39,079 bases of DNA. Origin: Streblomastix strix (taxonomy: Eukaryota). The translations under genes and the position numbers were made by a program. The stretch lies in NCBI GenBank assembly GCA_008636045.1, contig SNRW01000028.1, positions 1 to 39,079 on the forward strand, read 5' to 3'. The notes under the pieces are model-generated. The model was not told the DNA's origin, searched no databases, and saw only the letters and a list, made by a program, of their open reading frames with translations. Positions 1 through 9,847 of the stretch are shown here, piece after piece (positions within the stretch are counted from its first letter, which is position 1; each line of letters begins with the position of its first letter).

Positions 1-1929
1 TTCAGATATTGGTTTTGTACCACTAGTTCCAAGTAAAACTACAGCATTATCTGCGCCAAGTTTGATAAATTACGAACAAATTAAAGTCGACATTCCATCT
101 GTAGAATTATCGAATCTACAATTATTACTGAAAGTCATATTTGCAGTTATAATCCATGAAGTACATAATATTACATAATTGGCCAGATCAGTTGTATCTA
201 CTTTTTCATCCAACAATTCATCTGTTTTTGTTTTTGTATAATAATTACTAAAATCGATATCACCTGTATTAATATAAGACATCAATTGATCAATTTCTGT
301 TTTGGTATATGTTGTTGATTAATTTGCATTATTATTTAATAAGTTATTTGTTTCCGTTTTTGTAAAAGAATCAATCAATTATGCCTCATCAGCTTTTGCA
401 AGTAATAATGCGTCATCTTCACCTTTCACATAAGAAACTCCTGTATTTTCTTTATCGTTTAACAGAGTATTTGTTTCCGGTTTGGAATAAGAATCAATCA
501 ATTATGTCTTATCTTCTTTTGCTAGTAAGAATGCATCATCTTCACCTTTTGTATAAAAAACTCCAGTAACAGTCTAATTATTTAAGAGATTATTTGTTTC
601 CGTTTTTGTATAAGAATCAATCAATTATATCTTATCAGCTTTCAATAATATGAGTGGTTCATCTTCACTTTATGCATATGAAACTCCAGTATTTGCTTTA
701 TTATTTAATGGATTGTTTGTTTCAGTTAAAGAATATATCTATGTTTTATTATAATAATTATTCAAATCTACACTTGTATTTAAATCAGATATTGATTTAA
801 CTCCAACACCAGCAAGAAACACAGAATTGTTGCCGTATCCTGTGTATTGAATACCATTAGAAATAATTGCACTTGAAAAGGTTCTCGTACCAGTTATATA
901 TTGATCATTATCTGTAGTAACAAATGTAGTATTTTTCGCGGGTCTTTATGTGATTCCATCGATTTATAAATCAATTATTGCGTTATCACTTTCAGTTGCT
1001 GCTCAAAGTGTTACTATAATATTATTTACATCTGGTAATTCAGTTTCTAGCATTTTTAAGTCAGATCCATCCCACCAATAGTCAGTATCTTCTTTATCAA
1101 TAATATATAAATTGTCTCCAATCACTAATTTTGCAACATTCTCTTGATCAGCCATACAATCATTCAAATCTGATTATGTATCAAATACATATGCTTTCGA
1201 TTTTCCAGTTGCAATATCTCTAACTTCCTATAATTATGGTTAAGTTATTAATGAACTTACTATAATATCTCCACCGCTTGCGAGAAGAATGGAAGCATCA
1301 TTTTTATTCTATTTTAATATAATTATAACACCAATAATATTGAATTGTTTTGTACCACTAATTGTTTGAGCAGAAGTTAAATCAACATAATTAGTCAAAT
1401 CAGTATTATCAGCTTTGGCATCGTGCAAAGTATCGGTTTCAGTCTTGGAATAACAATCAACAATATCTGTAACATTAGCTTTCAATAATACGAGAGCATC
1501 ATCTTCAGCTTTTGAATATGAATCTATCAATTATGTCTTATCTGCTTTCAGTAATAATAGTGCATCATCTTCTATCTTGGAATAACTATCAACAATATCT
1601 GCAACATTAGCTTTCAATAATATGAGAGCATCATCTTCAGATCTTGAATATGCATCTATTATATCGATTTTATCTGTTTTTATATCGAGAAGAGTATCAG
1701 TTTCTGTCTTGATCTATGTGTCCGATTTATCTGCTTTTGAATCAGATATTTCATTTGCTTAAGGTCTAATGCATACATCAGATACAAATACGTTATTTCT
1801 GTTAATAATTTGACTGTTAATATTTATAACTTAATCAATCAAACCAATTGTACTATGACGATTGATTACGTACAAATTTTCATCATGAATTAAAAGCACA
1901 TCTAATGAGTGTAAGTCTGCATAAGTCAT
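1..1929 (-). pseudogene. Tail-fibre/receptor-binding-like repeat protein; runs off the window edge; one in-frame TGA at 1003-1005
   Basis: One frame under code 6 from ATG 1929 (MTYADLHSLDV...). Tandem units YSKxEDDALLLLKADKTQLIDS and YTKTETNNLLNNKANTGVS, plus fibre-type motifs QTISGTKQF, QYITGTRTF, ILLASGG and LVIGDNLYIIDKEDTDYWWDG. Confidence 0.7.
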
Positions 1930-1933
1930 TTAA

Positions 1934-1945
1934 TTACCAAAAATA
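1934..1945 (-). promoter_or_regulatory. Putative viral promoter/initiator motif TATTTTTGGTAA
   Basis: 12-mer 4 nt upstream of ATG 1929; an identical copy lies upstream of ATG 2565. Confidence 0.45.
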
Positions 1946-1956
1946 TTCCAGATCAA

Positions 1957-2565
1957 TCAGTGAATCTGAGATAGAACTGCAATTAATCTTTTATTTGCAG
2001 CAGATATTAGTTTAGAGGAATTATCTCCAAGGTCAAGGATACTACTTATTTTTCTAACTTTTTACAAACATAATTTATATGAATCTCTGAGAAGATTGAC
2101 TTTATCAATATCTAGAATTAGTATATTAACATTATTAATTGTAATATCCCTTTGTGTTCTAGTGCCATCGTGCATAAATTTCCCATAATATCCTTCATCT
2201 TCAGTATTAAGCACAACTTCGTTTTCCACTACATCAAATGCTTATGCAATAACCCTTATTAATTATTGTTCAGATAATATAAAATGAGGTGATTCCTTAA
2301 TTATATGTTTATCTTCACTAATTATATCAAGTAGCTATCTGCATACTGATGGATCTGGAATAATTATTTCTTCAAATATGGATAATGTTCTTCATGAACA
2401 TACAGATTAAACAGAAACTTAGACCTATTATTATTTTTTGATTTCTTTTTCATATGAAGAATCAACTTCAACTATTGCAGGAATTATCGGAACAGACTAT
2501 CGTGGTAACATTAGTTCAATTTAACTTATTTTTTCAGTTGGTGATACTGATCTTTTTTATAACAT
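1957..2565 (-). pseudogene. Hypothetical viral protein, about 200 aa, with internal TGA at 2392-2394
   Basis: Code-6 translation MLQKRSVSPTEKISQIELMLPRQ...CS*RTLSIFEEIIIPDP...AVLSQIH*; the frame is otherwise open. Confidence 0.55.
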
Positions 2566-2571
2566 TTATTG

Positions 2572-2583
2572 TTACCAAAAATA
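2572..2583 (-). promoter_or_regulatory. Putative viral promoter/initiator motif TATTTTTGGTAA
   Basis: Identical to 1934-1945; 6 nt upstream of ATG 2565. Confidence 0.45.
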
Positions 2584-2751
2584 ATACGAGTATACTTTCG
2601 AACAAAATGATAAATTTATTTTAGTCTTTTCCTCATCTTTAGTTAAATTATTAATTAACGTATTATAAGCACTTGCAGAAATAAGAAACAAGCAAATGTT
2701 TGCAATTGCGATGAATATTAATGACGTTCCAGCAACTGTCTCGAATAACAT
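2572..2751 (-). CDS. Small single-TM viral protein (59 aa), or N-terminal extension of the 2565 gene
   Basis: MLFETVAGTSLIFIAIANICLFLISASAYNTLINNLTKDEEKTK...YYFW has a hydrophobic N-terminal helix. It is in frame with ATG 2565 through TAA-CAA-TAA. Confidence 0.4.
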   Translation of the reverse strand: MLFETVAGTSLIFIAIANICLFLISASAYNTLINNLTKDEEKTKINLSFCSKVYSYYFW

Positions 2752-2799
2752 TTTTTATTGACATAAATAAATACCAAGATAAACTATAAAAACTAATTC

Positions 2800-3576
2800 A
2801 TGTTCAATAAAATTTAATAACGACGGATATGATGAATGTGTAAGGTTATAGATACGATTGATGCAAATGTGATTGATGCAGATAGATTAATGTATAAGAA
2901 TATTACGGATTCTAACTTTATTGAATAAGATATATTATCAAAAGATAACATTAATGATGCAATTGAATACCTTAAGAATAATAATGTGCTGTAGATTGAA
3001 GAACTATACTAAGCATTATTCAAAAGAGAGACATTTAGGTATTGTAGCGTTTATGTTAGTGATATGAATAATTCAAAAATAATCTCAGCTGCTAATATTG
3101 GAATCTTACATGAAAATATCGATCCGAATGAACTGAAATAATTAGTGAACTTTGCTTATAAACATGATTTATTTAATAAGGTTATGGTTATGTTTGCATG
3201 CTATCTATTATATGAACGTATTCATCGGCATGAAGATGGAAATGGAAGAATAGGACGATTATTGTTTCTTGAAAATATATACTAATTAACTGAATCATTT
3301 ATTCCTCTATCAACTGCGTTACGATATAACATGCAATTTAAACAATTAATGAATGAAATATTTAAAGGAATTTGATTTGGAGAAATAATGAAGAAACGAT
3401 AGTTCAAAAATGGTGAAACAGCAGTTTAAAGAGTAGAGATATAAGAATCTGATTTGAATCTATTTTTTGATATAATTATTAGTAATTAATGGACTAAATA
3501 ATAATATTACATATTAGATTTAGATGATAATATATGAAAATTTATTCACAAGTTTTTGAACATGTTTTGTGTGTGA
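2800..3576 (+). pseudogene. Fic/Doc-domain protein, disrupted
   Basis: YERIHRHEDGNGRIGRLL (core motif 3223-3258) matches the Fic consensus HPFxDGNGRxxR. The frame is open 2836-3375, with in-frame TGAs at 2830, 2833, 3373 and 3535 and a final TGA at 3574. Confidence 0.85.
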
Positions 3577-3938
3577 TTTATTTGTGAGCATGCGAAGTCG
3601 AACGTATAGCCACATAGTAACGTCAACGCGTCCAATAAAAACATAGAATTCAACGATAGGAATTTTGAATATCAGCTAACGATTTATAACTCCTCTTGAT
3701 TCGAAGTCTTCAGAAAATCATCTTATATGACGTATAGGATTTATTTCAGATTAGCTAGATAATTGATAGGTATAATCAACCAAAAAATCAACCAAACAAT
3801 CAATCAAACAATAAATAGAACAATCAATGAGTCCAATTGATCAACGATTTATTTTTGGATAGATCTATAATCTCGTTATCTCTCCCCATTAATGAATATT
3901 AATAATAATAGTAATAAAACTTTATGGCATCCATCCAA

Positions 3939-4058
3939 TTTGAAATTGTTCCAATTGTTGCAATTGATCCAAATGTTCCACAAATTAGTACGAATATGCT
4001 AGAATCATAGGAAATATTATATAAATCTCAAGGTGGAACAATGGAACAAATGGAACAG
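3939..4058. repeat. Iteron cluster: four 9-bp TTGTTCCAA-like units, then three inverted TGGAACA units
   Basis: ttgttccaa ttgttgcaa ttgatccaa atgttccac at 3946-3981; TGGAACA at 4034, 4042 and 4051. Confidence 0.7.
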
Positions 4059-4461
4059 AAATATATGAGTTTGTGAAAATTATCTGCCATCTTCCTTATT
4101 TTTTAATTCTTCATTTTGAATCTAATTCTCCATAGCAAATGAACATTCAAACTAAATTGCACTATTTTTAGAATAAATTTATAGCAGACTTATCAAGGAT
4201 CAATTTTCAAAATAGTTCCACGCTCATTTTCGTAAATATATTTGAAGGATTTTCAGCAATCATATAATCATTCAATTTTAAAAATAATTTTTTTTGTCAT
4301 TTAATGCTGGAATAAATTTGATTCACCAATTTTCAGAACAATGCCATAATTATTGTGTTATGGCAGCTCAATTTTAGTCATTGTTCACCGGCGCTTCAAA
4401 TTTTAAGTAAAAATGAAAAATTATAAAATGTGGAAGATGGCATTCAAATTTCACGAGACTG

Positions 4462-4598
4462 TTTGAAATTGTCCCAATTGTTCTATTTGTTCCAATTGAT
4501 CCACCTAGACAAATCACTTCATTTACACACTCCGCTAGCATACTACATTAATGTGGATCAAATTTCTGTTCCATCTTCGTTTTGGCTGCCATATATTT
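4462..4598 (+). repeat. ~130-bp direct repeat, copy 1 (beyond the 3' end of the primase-helicase gene)
   Basis: Shares tgttccaattg..acctagacaaatcacttcatt..cactccgctagca..tactaca..aaatttctgt.ccatcttc with 7618-7747. Confidence 0.9.
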
Positions 4599-4614
4599 TA
4601 CATCAAAAAATAAT

Positions 4615-7528
4615 TCATGCATAGCTTTCATTTTTATTGAACATTTTTGCTAACTCTTTTACGACTTATTCAACAAACCTATACTCCTCACTAAATTTCG
4701 TATATTTCCGATAGTTTTTATTAGATGTTTCAATATCTTCTTCATTCATCATTTTATTGTATTTATCTATTAATCTTCATTTAATTTATATACTCTAGTA
4801 CCCATTCCATTAATTCTCGGTGTTTATACTATATAATTATGCTACATCGCATTCTTATATGTTGTTTGTTTTCAATTTGAAGGTTAGTATTAATTTACTA
4901 GAGCTATTGGAATACCTCATTTTAATTGTTCATTATATTCCATAATTACATCTTCTATTGGAGATCGACTAACATTTATCAATAATTTTTTGCTTAAGTT
5001 ATTGGAATTAATGTGTGATTAAACTATGAAATATCTCCTTCAAGAAAGAATGTCGTTCAATTTTCATAAAACTCATCAGTATAGCTTTAGCTTAATTCAT
5101 TAAAATATTCAATATCTTCTATATGATCTTCAATGACATAATGAACAGTCTTACATACATATACTAAGTGGCGTCTATCAACAGTATCTAATTATATAAG
5201 CGAATCGGCGTTGGATACATAGATTATTTTCAGTACATTCTCAGCCGTTCTTCTAGGTTGATTCTTTTCATTAATTCTTATAATTTGATCAGAAATTGTC
5301 GACTTCATTGCTGTTGCAACACTTTTCTTTGTATCATAATTCCTCACCACATTCAAGACTGATAACATCTTATTTTCAACAGCAAAATTAAGTTTACCTG
5401 TGAAATCATCTATGTTAGTTATATTTAGACAACTGAATCGATTATTTAATTCAGCTATTGCGTCTGTAAATCTATTTTTACCTATTCCTTATCTACCTTG
5501 TAATATAATTTCAGCTCTGAACTTTTTTCCAGGATTTTGGATCATCCATGCAATCCAGTTAAGAATATATTCATAAACTCGTTCATCACCTATAGCAATA
5601 GTATCTTTGATTAAATCTGCATACATTTACAAAAATTAATAATCAATTGTATCTAATTTTTTATATTAATACCCTTGGAATATACTGAATATTTCTGGAC
5701 CATCACTTCTGAATTTTCATCCTTTCATTATAAATTTTGAAGCATATTTTTTGAAGATATGTTTTGCAGTTAGTTATTTTTAATTATAGTTTTCAGCATC
5801 TTTCTTTTAGTTCTTATTGTATATAATTATTTTATCTAATTATTTATAGATAGTACCATCTAATTTATGATGTATGACTAACGTTCCTCAAAGAGCATCA
5901 AATTTTTTAATTGTATATACATCTTCGGTTTCATCTGCATAATATTCCATTATTTTTGTTAAATTCATCACGATTTATTCTTCATTCTAATATTCTCCAT
6001 TATCTGCTTTTTTCTATATATAAATTAGTGTGAAATCATCTGATAAATCAGTTTTATTTTGAATAAATGTTAAACTAATTAAAATTTATTTTTCTTTTAT
6101 CATTTCCTAATAATTCTTTTTTAAGTAGAGATTTGATTATTGTTTTGAAGTAATCTTTGTTATGATATCTTAAGATTTTTATTAGGATCCATGGATTAGG
6201 CTTACGTTCTCCATTAGATGAAGCTAATCTATTGTTCTTTTCAGCATTTATAGTTAGCTTGTTTAATTTATATATATTATTTATTCCTTCAATTCTAATC
6301 GATTCATTAGTGATTCCATATAATCCTTAGAATATACTTACAAGAGATACTTCCATACTTACTGCTAATGGATAGTTAAGAATGGTTAAATTCTTCAAAC
6401 CATCTATATAAGCTTAAGCAAGTTCATTATTTATTAAATCAATAGTTCCATCATCTGCAATCTACTATTCAAATTCTCGTCTTTGTTTCTTTTCGATGTA
6501 TTCAATATATGAAATCTCAATATCGACATTCCATTTATCTAATATATCTCTTCGATTTGCTAGATGTACCATGATAGCCCAATCTTTAACTGTTTAACAT
6601 TTATGTGTTTCTCATTTATTATTTTTTGTTTCTTGGAATGATGAATAAGATCTAACAACTCGATTTTATACAAGTTCTTTCTATTCAGAATCATCAGCAT
6701 AATCTTTATTCTTGAACATCTATCCAAATACATCAATCTCGAAGTTATCTAATACAATACATTTTACACATCGATTTGCAGGTAAAATATATCCGCTTCT
6801 ATTGCAATAGGTATGCAATCCACCATGTGGAGTCTTTACTATTCCAACATTAATAGGAAGCATGCTATCGATTATATTCTAGCGTATCTCATCAATATTC
6901 TCATTTGGTAGTTCATGATTGATATCAATATCAATTACACATAAATCACCATCATCAACAAGAGTTAAATTAATTAATTTGCCTGTTACTTATTTTTTAT
7001 CACATTCCTACTAGCATATTTTAGTATATTTTACTGCGTTAATCATTGCATTTTTAATTCTTTCGCTAATAGTTTTATTCTAGAATTCTTAGTAATGTTA
7101 TTCAAATATCGGCTCAAATGCATCTAGAAGTTAATCTACTTATGTTTTATCATTTTATACTTATTCTACTTGTTTCTATAACTTCTCTAATCTATATGCT
7201 TCTTATTACTTCTCAAGTCTTGTTTCAATACATCCTTCAAAAATTAATAAATCAGATATGGTTTATTCTGTAGGTTATTCATAACGTTATTCAATTGGCT
7301 ATGCAATAATTTATTCACTAGGTTATTCAGTAGGTTATTCAATAGGTTATTCATTCGGTTAATCAATAGTTTGTTTTTTAATCATTTACTCAATCAACGC
7401 ATTGCATTATCATCGGTTTTCGTTTGACGAGTATACTTATGTTTTGATCCTTTCTCAAGTGTCTCATATTTAACATTTATGGATTCGTTTGAGTTTGATT
7501 CGAAGCTTGAGGATTCTACTGTTGCCAT
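4615..7528 (-). pseudogene. Primase-polymerase (Prim-Pol/AEP) fused to D5-like superfamily-3 helicase
   Basis: Code-6 translation gives Prim-Pol motifs LCVIDID (~6930) and VKTPHGGLHTY (~6820). The helicase region has YILNWIAWMIQNPGKK, Walker A GRQGIGKN (5474-5497), RINEKNQP and DRRH. The N-terminus has QPxE repeats. About 4 frameshifts (near 7375, 6120, 4985, 4765) and several TGAs. Confidence 0.88.
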
Positions 7529-7617
7529 TTTGTTTATAGATATAAAATTCAAATAGATTGTTAAAACAATATTTTTATTAAATTTATGACTTATAGTAGC
7601 AATTTTGACGAATATCG

Positions 7618-7747
7618 TTGAGATTGTTCCATCTGTTCCAATTGTTCTACCTAGACAAATCACTTCATTAACCCACTCCGCTAGCACATACTACAGTAAT
7701 ATGGAACAAATTTCTGTCCCATCTTCCTTTACTTTGCCATATTTCAT
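7618..7747 (+). repeat. ~130-bp direct repeat, copy 2 (upstream of the primase-helicase ATG); partial third copy at 7859-7876
   Basis: Roughly 85-90% identical by eye to the core of 4462-4598; cactccgctagcacatac recurs at 7859. Confidence 0.9.
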
Positions 7748-8460
7748 TTTCCGACCGACCGACAGACGCTCAAGGGATTAATTTTAGCGAGTCCAACTCG
7801 GCAAGCTGGCACATCAGAACTATTTAAACAATTTATTTTCGATTCTAATTCACTCTTTCACTCCGCTAGCACATACACACAAGTACAAGACAAAAAATTT
7901 GTCTCGTCATTCATTCTGTTGACAATTTTATTGGTATGGTCATTTCACTCAAATTATCCACACAAATAATATTTTTAATTAATCTCTAGAATTCATCCTA
8001 TATAACAGTTGCAACACTCAACTTTAATATCAAATTCATAATCAACATATCGACATTGACTAATACATCAACTCTCAAGTCAATCAGAAAACATTTATTT
8101 TTCTATATATTATTCACTTTTTTTTTATCTAGCTATAAATTAAAAATAAAAACATTTTATCGTAGTTCAAAATTCTTATTATAAACTTAAAATTTCATAT
8201 CTCTCTGATAAATTAACCTAAGGTCATATCACGCATGTAGATTCCAAAAATAACGTTTATAATCGATTCTATAACTGTTCATCATCGCTAATTTTAACGA
8301 ATAATCCATTTCAATAATCGAGTAACTGGTCGATACAATTATTTCATTTTCACTAGTAAAAACTAGATTCGAGGCGATAGCTCACACCAAGTCCTTTAGT
8401 CATTATGAGTTAGCCAAATATGTTAAAACATATCGCTCAAATCATCAGATTTGAACTATC

Positions 8461-8831
8461 AGTAGTGATGTAAAAGGAAGGCTGCTTTAGTATCAAAATC
8501 AAAGCAATTGTTCATTACAATAATTCCTATTCACTAACCCACAATGAAACCTACAAAATATCTGTTCTGATTGCTCCGATTGAACACTTTTACATTAGTA
8601 AATTTATTCATAAACAATAATTCAAGTATTTTGAACTAGTAAAGTTATTTTGATAAATCTTTAAAACTTCAAAAGAATAATCAACATAATCGATTTGTTC
8701 AATTAATTCTATAATAATTATATAAAATATTTGTTATAATTCGTCATTTTTATTAAAAGATATTGATTTTTCTTAAGGATAAGTTTTTTATATTTTTGAT
8801 TCGAGAGCAGCCTTCCTTTTACATCACTACT
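8461..8831. mobile_element. 371-bp non-coding element bounded by perfect 26-bp inverted repeats with AGTAGT...ACTACT ends (MITE-like or Polinton terminus)
   Basis: AGTAGTGATGTAAAAGGAAGGCTGCT (8461-8486) is the exact reverse complement of 8806-8831, extending imperfectly to about 38 bp. The 6-bp flanks are ACTATC and AATATG (4/6 match). Confidence 0.7.
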
Positions 8832-9847
8832 AATATGATTCTTATAAAATAAAAGTATCACCACGATGTAAGATAGTGAATGAGTTTTAATAAGAAGAGT
8901 AACGTCAAAACAATAGGAAAGTAGTAGGTTAGATTATTTCAAAAGTTCTAGTACAAGGTTGATAAGGCGTTTATGCATTATTTATATATAGTCTTGAAAA
9001 ATAGTTAATTTAGTAGTGTTGGTTAAGCAATATTATTTAAAATATTCTGGTGATATAAAAATAAAAGCATTCTATAAATGTAAATCACTAAAAATTTCTT
9101 TTGTAAATTTTTTTATTTATATAAATTATTCAATCATTTAATAAAAAGTTCTTATTATGACATTTTAATTCTTTCAAAATTAAAAATATTAAAGAAAAAA
9201 AATAAGATTTTTTGAAAAAAGATGAATAAATAAAAGAATAAAAATAAAAATAAAATAAATTTCAACTTTTATATAAAAATATGATCAAATCTTAAATAAT
9301 TTAAATAAATAATGCAATAAAAGATAAAGAAAATCAATTAAATTAAATAATGAGAAATATCTTTATGTATAAATATATATAAAATTAAAATCATTCAAAA
9401 AAAATTAAAGGCTGCAATTAAAAAAAATACACGTTTAATAAAATTAAATTCCTTATTAATTAAATTCCTGATAAAATATTATTATATAAATAATTTCATT
9501 TTATAAATAAATAAATAAAATGGTGATAAATAGTAAAAATTTGAAAAATAAATTTTATGAATCAATTAAATTAAAAAAAAAATGATTTACAATTGAAAAT
9601 GTATGAAGTATGTATAATTCTAGTAGTGATAATTATTTCTAAATATTAAAACCAAATAAATTTAAATATTCTCAAATTTTCCAATTTAGAAATTTGAAAA
9701 ATTCAAAGTAAAATTTCACAAAGCTGATCGTGGGCAATAAAATCACAAATAAAATAATAAAAAATACATAAATCAACTTTAAATTAACGTTGATAAAAAA
9801 ATATTGATCAGCTTTATGTATCAAATAATTAGTAATTATTCCTCTTT

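Larger units (their letters stand above)
1..8831. mobile_element. Degenerate endogenous dsDNA virus (Polinton/Maverick- or Polinton-like-virus type); left end lies outside the window, right boundary approximate
   Basis: Intronless, densely packed genes of viral type (fibre-like repeat protein, Fic, Prim-Pol/D5 helicase). Several carry stops or frameshifts. A non-coding stretch follows and ends in ...ACTACT at 8831. No capsid, pPolB or integrase is visible in the window, so the family call is inferred. Confidence 0.75.

Noticed and set aside
3590..3840. Possible small ORF and 12-bp CAATCAACCAAA-like repeats after Fic
   Set aside because: All frames examined are interrupted and no motif is recognisable; it may be a decayed gene but cannot be supported.
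4100..4420. Possible degraded minus-strand gene between the iteron cluster and the direct repeat
   Set aside because: Multiple TGAs in the frames examined and no identifiable domain.
1003..7396. TGA=Trp code specific to the viral genes
   Set aside because: TGG is used at evident Trp sites (YWWDG, LNWIAW), the TGA contexts are heterogeneous, and frameshifts co-occur, so pseudogenisation is simpler.
3939..7876. CRISPR-like interpretation of the TGTTCCA and direct repeats
   Set aside because: No regular repeat-spacer periodicity, no cas genes, eukaryotic context.
8840..9840. Very AT-rich kilobase right of the viral element
   Set aside because: No ORF or convincing repeat structure; treated as ordinary intergenic DNA.
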